A DNA stretch of 49,292 nt from a virus (Duplodnaviria > Caudoviricetes), in IMG/VR virus record IMGVR_UViG_3300032269_000528, positions 1 through 49,292 of that record, one strand, 5' to 3'. Made by a program: the position numbers and the translations under genes. Shown piece after piece: positions 8,780 to 16,073 of this stretch; positions within the stretch are counted from its first letter, which is position 1, and each line of letters starts with the position of its first letter. Under the pieces are notes generated by a model. It was not told the DNA's origin. It saw only the letters and a list, made by a program, of their open reading frames with translations, and searched no databases.

Positions 8780-8924
8780 CCTCTATTCCCCTTATCATCC
8801 ATGCGGCAATAGCGGCAGCGGCGAGCAGGCTAGAGGGCACCAGCCACCACGGGATACCGACGATGACACTGATTAGCCACAGGCCGCAGAACACGGGCAC
8901 AAAGGCGATAGCAATATCGGTCAC
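8769..8924 (-). CDS. small two-helix membrane protein (51 aa)
   Basis: Hand-translated MTDIAIAFVPVFCGLWLISVIVGIPWWLVPSSLLAAAAIAAWMIRGIEDGD; GTGA overlap. Confidence 0.55.
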   Translation of the reverse strand: MTDIAIAFVPVFCGLWLISVIVGIPWWLVPSSLLAAAAIAAWMIRGIEDGD

Positions 8925-9085
8925 GACACCACTGCGCTAGACCAGCAGCCCTCCGCGTACACGGCCACCGTGGATTCCGGCGTACTCACGTACAGGGTGC
9001 CGCCGTCCACATCAAACTCGGTGGCCGTAGAATAAACATCTACCTCATAGGATGAATAAGCCATGAGCTTAACCGTGACCGTCAT
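8921..9085 (-). CDS. small hypothetical protein (54 aa)
   Basis: Hand-translated MTVTVKL...ATEFDVDGGTLYV...VAVYAEGCWSSA; ATGA/GTGA overlaps on both sides. Confidence 0.6.
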   Translation of the reverse strand: MTVTVKLMAYSSYEVDVYSTATEFDVDGGTLYVSTPESTVAVYAEGCWSSAVVS

Positions 9086-9294
9086 ATCAAAGCCTTTTCG
9101 ATAGAGTTTTCGATGCCGTCCAAAAGGGACAGCATTTTTGAGCGGACGTGTTCATCGTTCGTTCCGGCCAATACCTCATAGACGTATGAGCGGAGCCGCC
9201 TTACGTCCTCCTGGGCGTTACGAATGTAGGCTGACCGGTCCTCCGCGTCGAGCCGCAGAATTGCGATACGGTGACCGGGCGACAACTCCCCCAT
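9082..9294 (-). CDS. hypothetical protein
   Basis: MGELSPGHRI...; ATG overlaps the upstream TGA. Confidence 0.6.
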   Translation of the reverse strand: MGELSPGHRIAILRLDAEDRSAYIRNAQEDVRRLRSYVYEVLAGTNDEHVRSKMLSLLDGIENSIEKALI

Positions 9295-10184
9295 CAGAGG
9301 GGCTTGGGGAAGTTGTCGGCGGTCCACACGTTGCCCTTCGGGCGCTGCAATTTGGCGAGCGAGCGTCCACTGCGGAAAGCATTCCATGACTGCACCAGCA
9401 GCGCTGCCTGATCCTGGTCTTTCAGCTTCATCTGCGAATGGTGGTGGCGAGCCAGCCGGTTACGCAACGTCAAGACCGGATGGTCGATGGACATATCCGC
9501 TCCGGTATGGAGGAAAGTGAAGAACTGTTCCATCTCATCAAAATCCAGTTCCGAAAACCTGAGAGCGGCAGCCAGCAACACTCCCTGGCGCACGGCCAGT
9601 TCACTGGAAATTTTGGTGGCGAACCCGTCGTGGTACAAAGACCACAACAGTTCCATTGCGGTGGGATTGGTTTCTGCCCACTCCACAATTTCGGTATTGG
9701 TGACAGCCGCGTCACGTCCACCAAAGAATGCCAGCCGGTCCCACTGAATGTAGAAGCGGACAGCGGCGGCAATGGTGCGGTTGGAGTCGATGTTGGAAAT
9801 CGACAACTGATCGTATGCCGTGCGCTTGGCAGGCTGATCCATCGTCTTTTGCGACTCAGGCTCAAGACCCGACACCAACAGGAACGGCAGTATCACGGAG
9901 CCGTCAGTCTGGGCCAAGGCCATCAAACGGTTCTGGCCGTCGAGCAGAACACCGTTCTTGTCGATCTTGAGGGACTCGCCATTGAAGCGCCAACGGCCAG
10001 CCAGCATGTCACTGAGATACTCGCGCTGCTTACCCTTCTTGGGTGAGCGGTTGTGAGTATTGAACTCCAACAGAGAGCGTGCGCCCTCCGCGTCAAGGTG
10101 GACAACTTCAACGGTGAAGCTGTGCGTTCCGGCCTTGTCGGTGTACTTCAACTCTGCTACATCGTAGCGGGGAGTGGTCTTCAT
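9294..10184 (-). CDS. ParB-like / DGQHR-domain DNA-binding protein
   Basis: N.HNR, Y..DM..GRW..NGE...ID..G.LLDGQNRL.AL, MD....RT..D motifs. Confidence 0.75.
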   Translation of the reverse strand: MKTTPRYDVAELKYTDKAGTHSFTVEVVHLDAEGARSLLEFNTHNRSPKKGKQREYLSDMLAGRWRFNGESLKIDKNGVLLDGQNRLMALAQTDGSVILPFLLVSGLEPESQKTMDQPAKRTAYDQLSISNIDSNRTIAAAVRFYIQWDRLAFFGGRDAAVTNTEIVEWAETNPTAMELLWSLYHDGFATKISSELAVRQGVLLAAALRFSELDFDEMEQFFTFLHTGADMSIDHPVLTLRNRLARHHHSQMKLKDQDQAALLVQSWNAFRSGRSLAKLQRPKGNVWTADNFPKPL

Positions 10185-10215
10185 GGTTGGTGCTTATCCT
10201 TTCAACTTTCTGGTT

Positions 10216-10245
10216 ATGGTATCAGCATATATCAAAGTGTCTCAA
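10216..10245 (-). promoter_or_regulatory. SigA-type promoter for the ParB-like/recA early operon
   Basis: TTGAGA-18 bp-TACCAT, followed by a GAAAGG RBS before ATG 10184. Confidence 0.6.
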
Positions 10246-10475
10246 GAACCAAATGGCGAGGTAGCGCGTACTTTATGGGTTAAGGCCAGGGAGCCGGGAG
10301 AGGGGTTATGCACTCCCGGCTTTGTTACTCCTTCAACGCGAAAATACTTGCGGTTCAGGTCGGCCAGGATGAGAACGTAGTCGGCTAGATCGCGGGGCAG
10401 TGAGCCTGCCAACGATGCTATAGCTACTAGCGTCATCTGTTCTTCCGGTGTCACGTCACGCAGCCACACGGGCAC
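10242..10475 (-). CDS. hypothetical protein
   Basis: 77 aa ORF with an AGAGG RBS-like sequence; first gene after the promoter at 10591-10619. Confidence 0.5.
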   Translation of the reverse strand: MPVWLRDVTPEEQMTLVAIASLAGSLPRDLADYVLILADLNRKYFRVEGVTKPGVHNPSPGSLALTHKVRATSPFGS

Positions 10476-10590
10476 AGCCTCTCTCTAGGTGTCGCGGCGC
10501 TTCTGCCGCGTGGGTGGTGCTGGTGGTGCTGTTGAAGTTGAACCGCTTTCACAGGGCGACTGTCGAGCCGGTGCAACCGTTGTGTGAATT

Positions 10591-10619
10591 AGGTTACACC
10601 GGAAAACCGGAAGGGTCAA
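10591..10619 (-). promoter_or_regulatory. SigA-type early leftward promoter
   Basis: TTGACC-17 bp-TAACCT with an AT-rich tract upstream. Confidence 0.7.
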
Positions 10620-10691
10620 CCACTTTACCGAATTAATTTTCTTACCCCTCCTGACCAGCGGTTTTTAGGTGACGGTCGGCGTGTCAATTGG

Positions 10692-10994
10692 CTACAGCGG
10701 TAGGAACCGTAGGTGGTCAGACACCTGGCCTGTCGCTACACCTTTGCACTGTGAACACTGAACGGAGCCGCGCTCAAGTTTCTCTGCCCAGTCCCGCTCA
10801 ACATCAGACTTGCACGGTGTGCAGACGAAACCTGTTGAGGGACAAGACAATCCGTGAGATGACCAGGCCGCCCACCTCGCCTCGTTGCTGCATTCAGGGT
10901 ATCGGACACACGGTAAAGTCAGTTCCTCGGCGTGGCTGCTCAAGTGGGCGACATGGGTCTGGGTCACGGGGCTTCTCTCTGTGGGGTGTTTCAC
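10692..10994 (-). CDS. Cys-rich putative zinc-binding protein
   Basis: C....EC, HG..C, CTPC and CSQC motifs; similar layout to 3767-4090. Confidence 0.6.
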   Translation of the reverse strand: MKHPTERSPVTQTHVAHLSSHAEELTLPCVRYPECSNEARWAAWSSHGLSCPSTGFVCTPCKSDVERDWAEKLERGSVQCSQCKGVATGQVSDHLRFLPL

Positions 10995-11047
10995 AATCTA
11001 CACAAACTGAACAGATTGTTACGTCACAAAACCTGAAAGTTTCCTGT

Positions 11048-11088
11048 GATTAATCCTTAGATTATCAGATTATCCTTAGATTAATCTA
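11048..11088. repeat. direct repeat and palindrome cluster in the divergent control region
   Basis: ATCCTTAGATTA at 11053-11064 and 11072-11083; palindromes GATTAATC (11048-11055) and TAGATTAATCTA (11077-11088). Confidence 0.6.
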
Positions 11089-11161
11089 GTAAATGACATA
11101 GCTGTAATTCCCGTCAAACCGTAACATATGACTGTTGGTGACGCCACCATAAAAATAAAGT

Positions 11162-11191
11162 TTGACCGGAAACCCGAAACAGGTATACCAT
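11162..11191 (+). promoter_or_regulatory. SigA-type promoter for the repressor operon
   Basis: TTGACC-18 bp-TACCAT. Confidence 0.6.
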
Positions 11192-11252
11192 CGACAACAT
11201 GAAAGCATAGATAGCCCCACAGCTATCTGCTACCACCGAAACGGACAGAAAG

Positions 11253-11558
11253 ATGAAAGACGCACAGATACTACGGGCAAGACTCATTGCGCTCCTGGGA
11301 AGAATCGTCAGCGTAGAAGAAATGCGTGACGCCCTGGAAATGAAGCAATCCACCTACTACGATCAGGTCAAAGAGGGCAGGCTTATGAGCCTCGACAACC
11401 TGAAACTGCTCGCACGCAACCTCAACGTCAACGAGGTCGAACTGCTGGCCGAATGCGGCCTGCTCGCACGCACAGAACTCAAAGAATACTGCGAACGCAA
11501 CATCTGCGGCTCCTGCAAATACTCCCCCAACCCCCTCACCATACGGAGAAAAGCGTGA
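11253..11558 (+). CDS. immunity repressor-like HTH protein
   Basis: L..LLGR......AL.M..S.YY.Q..EGRL...DNL...A.NL..NEV.LLA..GL pattern recalled from mycobacteriophage repressors; transcribed divergently from the early genes. Confidence 0.75.
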   Translation: MKDAQILRARLIALLGRIVSVEEMRDALEMKQSTYYDQVKEGRLMSLDNLKLLARNLNVNEVELLAECGLLARTELKEYCERNICGSCKYSPNPLTIRRKA

Positions 11559-11866
11559 AAATCCTCAACCTCATTTTTTTCAACGCACTCGGCCTCATGG
11601 TGTCCTGCGTGCTATCCGCTATGACACTTGGACCCAGCTACGGCACGCTCGGCATCCCGGCCTGGATCGCACTCGCCCTGTACCTGCTCCATGCCGCCAT
11701 CAGGGACCGGCGTGCCAGCCACGCCGCCCTCATCCACAGCAGCGAAACCCTGGTCCGCGAAGCCCGTGCCCAGATTGAGCGCGAAGAAACCTCCCACCAG
11801 CCTCTATGGGAGAGCATTCCCGTCCCGGTGTCCGCAGGGACCATCAACACAATCAAGTGGAACTAA
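11555..11866 (+). CDS. membrane protein co-transcribed with the repressor
   Basis: GTG at 11555 overlaps the repressor TGA; two hydrophobic helices (MKILNLIFFNALGLMVSCVLSAM, GIPAWIALALYLL). Confidence 0.7.
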   Translation: MKILNLIFFNALGLMVSCVLSAMTLGPSYGTLGIPAWIALALYLLHAAIRDRRASHAALIHSSETLVREARAQIEREETSHQPLWESIPVPVSAGTINTIKWN

Positions 11867-11998
11867 GAGTTTCCTAAGAGTTTTCCGTTTCGGCGTGTCA
11901 CGAAAGAAAATGTCGGAAAAACGTGATTTCATCTTAAATGACACTCAGTGCGAACGCAGTGAGCGCGTCCAGAACCACCGCAAGGTGGTTGTTCCACC

Positions 11999-12457
11999 GT
12001 GACACAACACGATCTGCCGTGGCAAAAAGCGACACACGCAACAATACCTACAAAAACACCCCATCGCCTAGTCGGGCACGTTACTAGAGAGGCACGAAAA
12101 ATCGAAAATCAGCCCACCACCCCAGACAATTTCGTCACAGTGACGTATTGGAACAACAGAGTCCTCCACGACGGCAACACCTACTGGATAGCCGAGGTCT
12201 ACTACGACGACACCGACACACCTATCAGCTACACCACAGGTGACCCCATAGGAGACTGGCAAAACTACGCCGAACTAGCCAACACCACCAACCAAGTAGC
12301 CAGCGCTCTCACCAAACCTATCCTCAAAGTCAACACCGAAAGCTGCTTCATAGGAGAAATGACTGCACAGGAAGCTATGGAACACGATTTGCATAAACCC
12401 GGCACAGCACCTATCATTGACACTGTTACATCAACACAAGAAACGGAGTTATCCTGA
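11999..12457 (+). CDS. hypothetical protein
   Basis: WNNRV....YWIAEVYYD....P.SYT...KPIL motif; the start may be the internal GTG near 12140. Confidence 0.65.
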   Translation: MTQHDLPWQKATHATIPTKTPHRLVGHVTREARKIENQPTTPDNFVTVTYWNNRVLHDGNTYWIAEVYYDDTDTPISYTTGDPIGDWQNYAELANTTNQVASALTKPILKVNTESCFIGEMTAQEAMEHDLHKPGTAPIIDTVTSTQETELS

Positions 12458-12822
12458 TGGCAAAGACAACTGTCTATACGGACGACCTTGACAGCAGTGA
12501 ACTGGCCGACGCCGGAACCGTGTCATTCTCGTACAGGGGCATCACCTATGAAATGGACTTGTCCAGCAAGAACGAAGCTAAACTTGCTGAACAGTTAGGT
12601 CCGTGGATTGCCAAAGCCCGAACCGTCAAGAACAGCCACAAAACCGGCAAGGCCACCGCCCCGGCGGCATCCGGCTACAACGCCGAACAGTTAAAAGCAG
12701 TCCGCGAGTGGGCTGGTCGCCACGGCTACAACGTATCCGACCGTGGACGGGTACCGCAGGAAGTGTTGAAGGCTTACGAGGAAAACCAGGCGCTCAACGA
12801 GCCGAAATTTTCCTCAGTCTAA
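12457..12822 (+). CDS. lsr2: Lsr2 nucleoid-associated protein
   Basis: MAK.....DDLD, TVSF...G..YEMDLS..N..KL, and C-terminal VREWA...GY.VSDRGRVP AT-hook. Confidence 0.95.
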   Translation: MAKTTVYTDDLDSSELADAGTVSFSYRGITYEMDLSSKNEAKLAEQLGPWIAKARTVKNSHKTGKATAPAASGYNAEQLKAVREWAGRHGYNVSDRGRVPQEVLKAYEENQALNEPKFSSV

Positions 12823-12840
12823 AGTTTTCACACGCGGGGT

Positions 12841-12869
12841 TTGCAACACGATCCACCGTATGATACGAT
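12841..12869 (+). promoter_or_regulatory. SigA-like promoter downstream of lsr2 with no convincing ORF after it
   Basis: TTGCAA-17 bp-TACGAT. Confidence 0.45.
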
Positions 12870-12949
12870 GAACATGTTCGCCTGATACGCACATTGTGCC
12901 GTATTGAGGGAACGTTCCGTTGGTGGTGTAAGTGCCTTTCTCCGTGGTT

Positions 12950-13011
12950 GGTGGAAAGGGAAGCGGTGCCGGGTAGCTCTCTCTCCCCGGCACCGCTTCT
13001 TCCTTTACACC
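12950..13011. terminator. strong stem-loop (terminator or sRNA 3' end)
   Basis: GAAGCGGTGCCGGG / CCCGGCACCGCTTC 14-bp perfect inverted repeat, extendable imperfectly, followed by a pyrimidine tract. Confidence 0.65.
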
Positions 13012-13204
13012 GCCACGACCAAGCATCCTTATATAAGGTATGGCTCTCAAAGAATCTTTGTACGGCTACCACAACTTTTCTCAGCGACTCCGCAAAGCGT
13101 CCATCATATACCGTAGATCATGGAAGAACATTTTTGTCTACGTGTGGAAACACCGCGATTGGAAACTGTTCTACCATGACCTCAAATTTGTGGTCACCGG
13201 AAAC

Positions 13205-13265
13205 TAAAAAGGACGGCCCTGCGCTCAACCCGCCTGGGGAACAGGGTGGGGAACGCAGGGCCGTC
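13205..13265 (-). terminator. intrinsic terminator ending the late/lysis operon
   Basis: GACGGCCCTGCG (13212-13223) / CGCAGGGCCGTC (13254-13265), followed by CTTTTT on the minus strand just after nrdH. Confidence 0.65.
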
Positions 13266-13281
13266 AGCCTCTACCAATCAA

Positions 13282-13554
13282 TCAAGCAATCACATTCATC
13301 AAACGTTCAATCTGGGACGGCTGAAAGCCCTGCCACGTCCACGTAGCCCTATCCCCAAGGTCTACCCGAACAACAGGCATAGCCAGCCGCGCCTCTGGGT
13401 CCGAAAGCAACTCAACTTTCAAAACCCGCAAAACCTCCGCATCCAAATCTGCGCGAATCTCCGTATAGCGGATACCCAAATCGTCAAACTTCTTTTTTGT
13501 AAACCGGCACTGATGACAAACCTCATTCGGCAGAGAATACAGCGTAACCTTCAC
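13282..13554 (-). CDS. nrdH: NrdH-like glutaredoxin
   Basis: VTLYS....CHQC.FTK....GI.Y, MPVV.V, W.GFQP. Confidence 0.85.
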   Translation of the reverse strand: MKVTLYSLPNEVCHQCRFTKKKFDDLGIRYTEIRADLDAEVLRVLKVELLSDPEARLAMPVVRVDLGDRATWTWQGFQPSQIERLMNVIA

Positions 13555-13569
13555 TAAATATCATCTCCG

Positions 13570-14004
13570 TTATAGTTTTTCACCCTTAGCTCTACGTGCC
13601 CTTTGAGCGAACCAATCATTACGAAACTCCATAAAAGACAGGTGAGGAATTGTTTTCCAACCTTGCGCCGCAGCCGTAAATTCGTAATTCCTGTGCCACT
13701 CCTGATCCGTAATAATCCATGCCCAATACATTTCATCACGCAGCCTAAGCTCCGCTAACTGTTCCTCAAGGAACCTGACCTGACGCCACAAATCCTCAAT
13801 CTGATAGTCAACGTCAGCGTTTCTCCGCTTAGCTTCCCGATCCCGCCTAGTAACAAGCCCAGTAATAAAGGCCATTACTTTAGAAAGAACTTCCTGCGCC
13901 CCGCCAGCCTTATTCAGTGCGTAAGCTAAAGCAATTAACACGCCCAATAATATGGCAAGCCAGTGCGGAAAAAACTTCCAAAGCTCGTCGGGTATATCGC
14001 TCAC
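13570..14004 (-). CDS. membrane protein of the lysis cassette
   Basis: N-terminal transmembrane helix plus coiled coil; follows the holin. Confidence 0.7.
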   Translation of the reverse strand: MSDIPDELWKFFPHWLAILLGVLIALAYALNKAGGAQEVLSKVMAFITGLVTRRDREAKRRNADVDYQIEDLWRQVRFLEEQLAELRLRDEMYWAWIITDQEWHRNYEFTAAAQGWKTIPHLSFMEFRNDWFAQRARRAKGEKL

Positions 14005-14011
14005 CTTTTTG

Positions 14012-14278
14012 TCATCTCAAAGCATCCCCACACGTAGAAACTAGAGGCGCTACGCTAGCAACTGGCGCAACAACCTCAACGGTCTGGGGAACAGTAGACC
14101 GGTCAACGGCCATCAAAATTGCAAGCAAAGCGGAACCCGCAGCCAGCCCAAGAGACTGGTGCCAACCGGCAACCCACACATTCAGAGCATTACCGCCGAG
14201 AGCGGCAGCCAACGTTTGTGCGAAACTCCTGATCGCCCGAGTCGCCGCATCCCGCCAAAAAACAGAAGTAAATAACAT
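14012..14278 (-). CDS. holin (r1t-like)
   Basis: FW.DA..RAIRSFAQ motif and two transmembrane segments; follows lysB. Confidence 0.85.
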   Translation of the reverse strand: MLFTSVFWRDAATRAIRSFAQTLAAALGGNALNVWVAGWHQSLGLAAGSALLAILMAVDRSTVPQTVEVVAPVASVAPLVSTCGDALR

Positions 14279-14298
14279 TTAAACTCCTATCCTATATC

Positions 14299-15306
14299 TT
14301 AAAGTGATTTGCCGAGAGCGCGAACATGAGCAATAGCCGGGGTAACATCATAATTGATATGCGGCCCAGTACCGGCAGCGAAAAACATGCCAGCATACAA
14401 AACAGCCCTGAATAACGGAACCACTTCCACGACTGGCTTCTGCACTACCTCTAAAAGCCGCTCCATAAGCCCAGCAAGCGACGAAAAGGTAGCATTCTCA
14501 ATCAGATGCCAGATGGTTGTCACATCGTCACCAGTCTTATCTGCTGGCGTATCCGTATACAGGTCACGGCCCCACGAAGAATTAGCTCCGTGAGCAAAAT
14601 CCAGCCACCACGACGGGGTATTCTCTAGCCGATCATCGCTAGCCCCACGGCCCTGTGGGACCACCCACCCGGCGGCAACGTTACCGTTAGCGACACCAAG
14701 CTCACGATCAGGATTTCCCCACGTCAGACCGCCAACAAACTCATCACGTAGATCATGCAGACGGCCAGACGGATTCAAAATTTCGTGCTTCAACACCCGC
14801 GACGTAACAATTGCTCCCTGAGAGTACCCGGCTAAAACCTTGGGTTTCCCGGCATGTTTGCGGCACTGCAAAACCAATTCCTCAATACCCTGATCGTAGC
14901 TGGGTTTCATGGGAAAGAATGCTGCTGGATAGTTCCCTACGGGCTGCCAATAAAACAAGTCGGCTACCCCTCTAGCGGTGTCCGCTGGTGGGCCTGTCCA
15001 CATATCGACCCCACTGCCCTGCACCGACAGAATGACACCCTTTTTAGGTGCCTGAGCCGGTGGGTTAGGGTCGATAACTCCGAGGGCAAGCTGTGTCGCC
15101 CAATCCAAAACCCCGTCGATGCGAAGCCCCAGATTGTTGGTAGCATTTTTGCGGCGCTGATATTCTGCTACAACGTCACACAAATCCTGTCCGTAATACT
15201 CTGAATCGTCTAGCTTACTGGCGTAAGAAAACTTTTGCTTCAGTTTCCTTTTTGCCTTCTGCACTGTCGGGCCAGATGTTCCTACTTGCCAACCGATCCA
15301 CGCCAT
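14299..15306 (-). CDS. lysB: Lysin B (cutinase-fold mycolylarabinogalactan esterase with N-terminal PG-binding-like domain)
   Basis: YQRR....L.IDG.LD.AT...LG domain; GYSQG, GNP.R, WW.DF...D.Y, H..Y. Confidence 0.93.
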   Translation of the reverse strand: MAWIGWQVGTSGPTVQKAKRKLKQKFSYASKLDDSEYYGQDLCDVVAEYQRRKNATNNLGLRIDGVLDWATQLALGVIDPNPPAQAPKKGVILSVQGSGVDMWTGPPADTARGVADLFYWQPVGNYPAAFFPMKPSYDQGIEELVLQCRKHAGKPKVLAGYSQGAIVTSRVLKHEILNPSGRLHDLRDEFVGGLTWGNPDRELGVANGNVAAGWVVPQGRGASDDRLENTPSWWLDFAHGANSSWGRDLYTDTPADKTGDDVTTIWHLIENATFSSLAGLMERLLEVVQKPVVEVVPLFRAVLYAGMFFAAGTGPHINYDVTPAIAHVRALGKSL

Positions 15307-16073
15307 CAGACCGCCCCTGTCTTTTTACGATCCGAAGTACCCAACATGTGATCCCTAATCTCCGCTACAGCTTCAACGAGGGTTTGACCGCCTAAACAAT
15401 TCCAACGCAACCGCACCTGATCGTCCGGTGGCCCGACCGGCTTAGGCACATGCGGCTCAACTTTAGGCTGAGCCGTTACCACAACCGGTTCCGCAACGGG
15501 TGCTACAGGCTTTTGATCCGGCAATGCCGAAGCCCACTTAGCCACATTCGCGGTGAATACGTCCCACGGGAAATTTGGACCCGTATCGGTGTGCGAACCA
15601 TCTCCCAAAAACTTGGTGACATAGGCGTGATCGGAAATGCCGGGAGGGGCAGACTTATATGGGGGAGACAAAATCTTGATAGAGATACCATACTTTTTGC
15701 AATCCTGAACGGCAATATATGCGGCAACATCAAGCGCCTTTGATTGCTGCAACCATTCATCTCTCGACCAATTAACACTAGAACCAGCAATGCACAAATT
15801 AATTGACCTGGGGTTAGCCGATAGCACTGACCATGAACAATAGTCGGTATCAACTACGTCGCAAACAGTTACGCCACCATCCCTAATATCCTGACTGACA
15901 GTGTAATGATAACTAACCTGATTAGAGGGATTAGCTAAAAACCTTGCTAAGCTGTCCGCATTCCCTGGTCCCTCTTGCGTATGCAAAAGGAACAAATCAA
16001 CTTTAGTTCCCCCACGTGAATGAAACGAAGGGCTTTTAACCCAATACTCATTAAACTCTGGTTTCATCAACAC
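15306..16073 (-). CDS. lysA: Lysin A (Ami_2-type amidase with C-terminal wall-binding region)
   Basis: LHTQEG, VSYHY, SWSV..AN..SINLC, DH, H.D.GP.FPW; C-terminal LGGQTLVEAVAEIRD. Confidence 0.92.
   Translation of the reverse strand: MLMKPEFNEYWVKSPSFHSRGGTKVDLFLLHTQEGPGNADSLARFLANPSNQVSYHYTVSQDIRDGGVTVCDVVDTDYCSWSVLSANPRSINLCIAGSSVNWSRDEWLQQSKALDVAAYIAVQDCKKYGISIKILSPPYKSAPPGISDHAYVTKFLGDGSHTDTGPNFPWDVFTANVAKWASALPDQKPVAPVAEPVVVTAQPKVEPHVPKPVGPPDDQVRLRWNCLGGQTLVEAVAEIRDHMLGTSDRKKTGAV

Noticed and set aside
35-10046. Plus-strand ORFs over the early region (35-292, 686-1057, 2692-3297, 5541-6158, 9438-10046)
   Set aside because: They overlap dnaB, HNH, the exonuclease and the ParB-like gene on the opposite strand and show no recognisable features.
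9294-10184. DndB / phosphorothioation system, suggested by the DGQHR-like motif
   Set aside because: No dndACDE or ssp genes are present in the window.
13027-13038. Perfect palindrome CCTTATATAAGG as attP or dif core
   Set aside because: There is no recombinase, no arm-type repeats and no resemblance to XerC/D half-sites that I could see; a single 12-bp palindrome can arise by chance.
12794-13346. ORFs 12794-13072, 12814-13050 and 12894-13346 between lsr2 and nrdH
   Set aside because: They cross strong hairpins, overlap neighbouring genes and lack an RBS or motifs; the region is better explained as non-coding.
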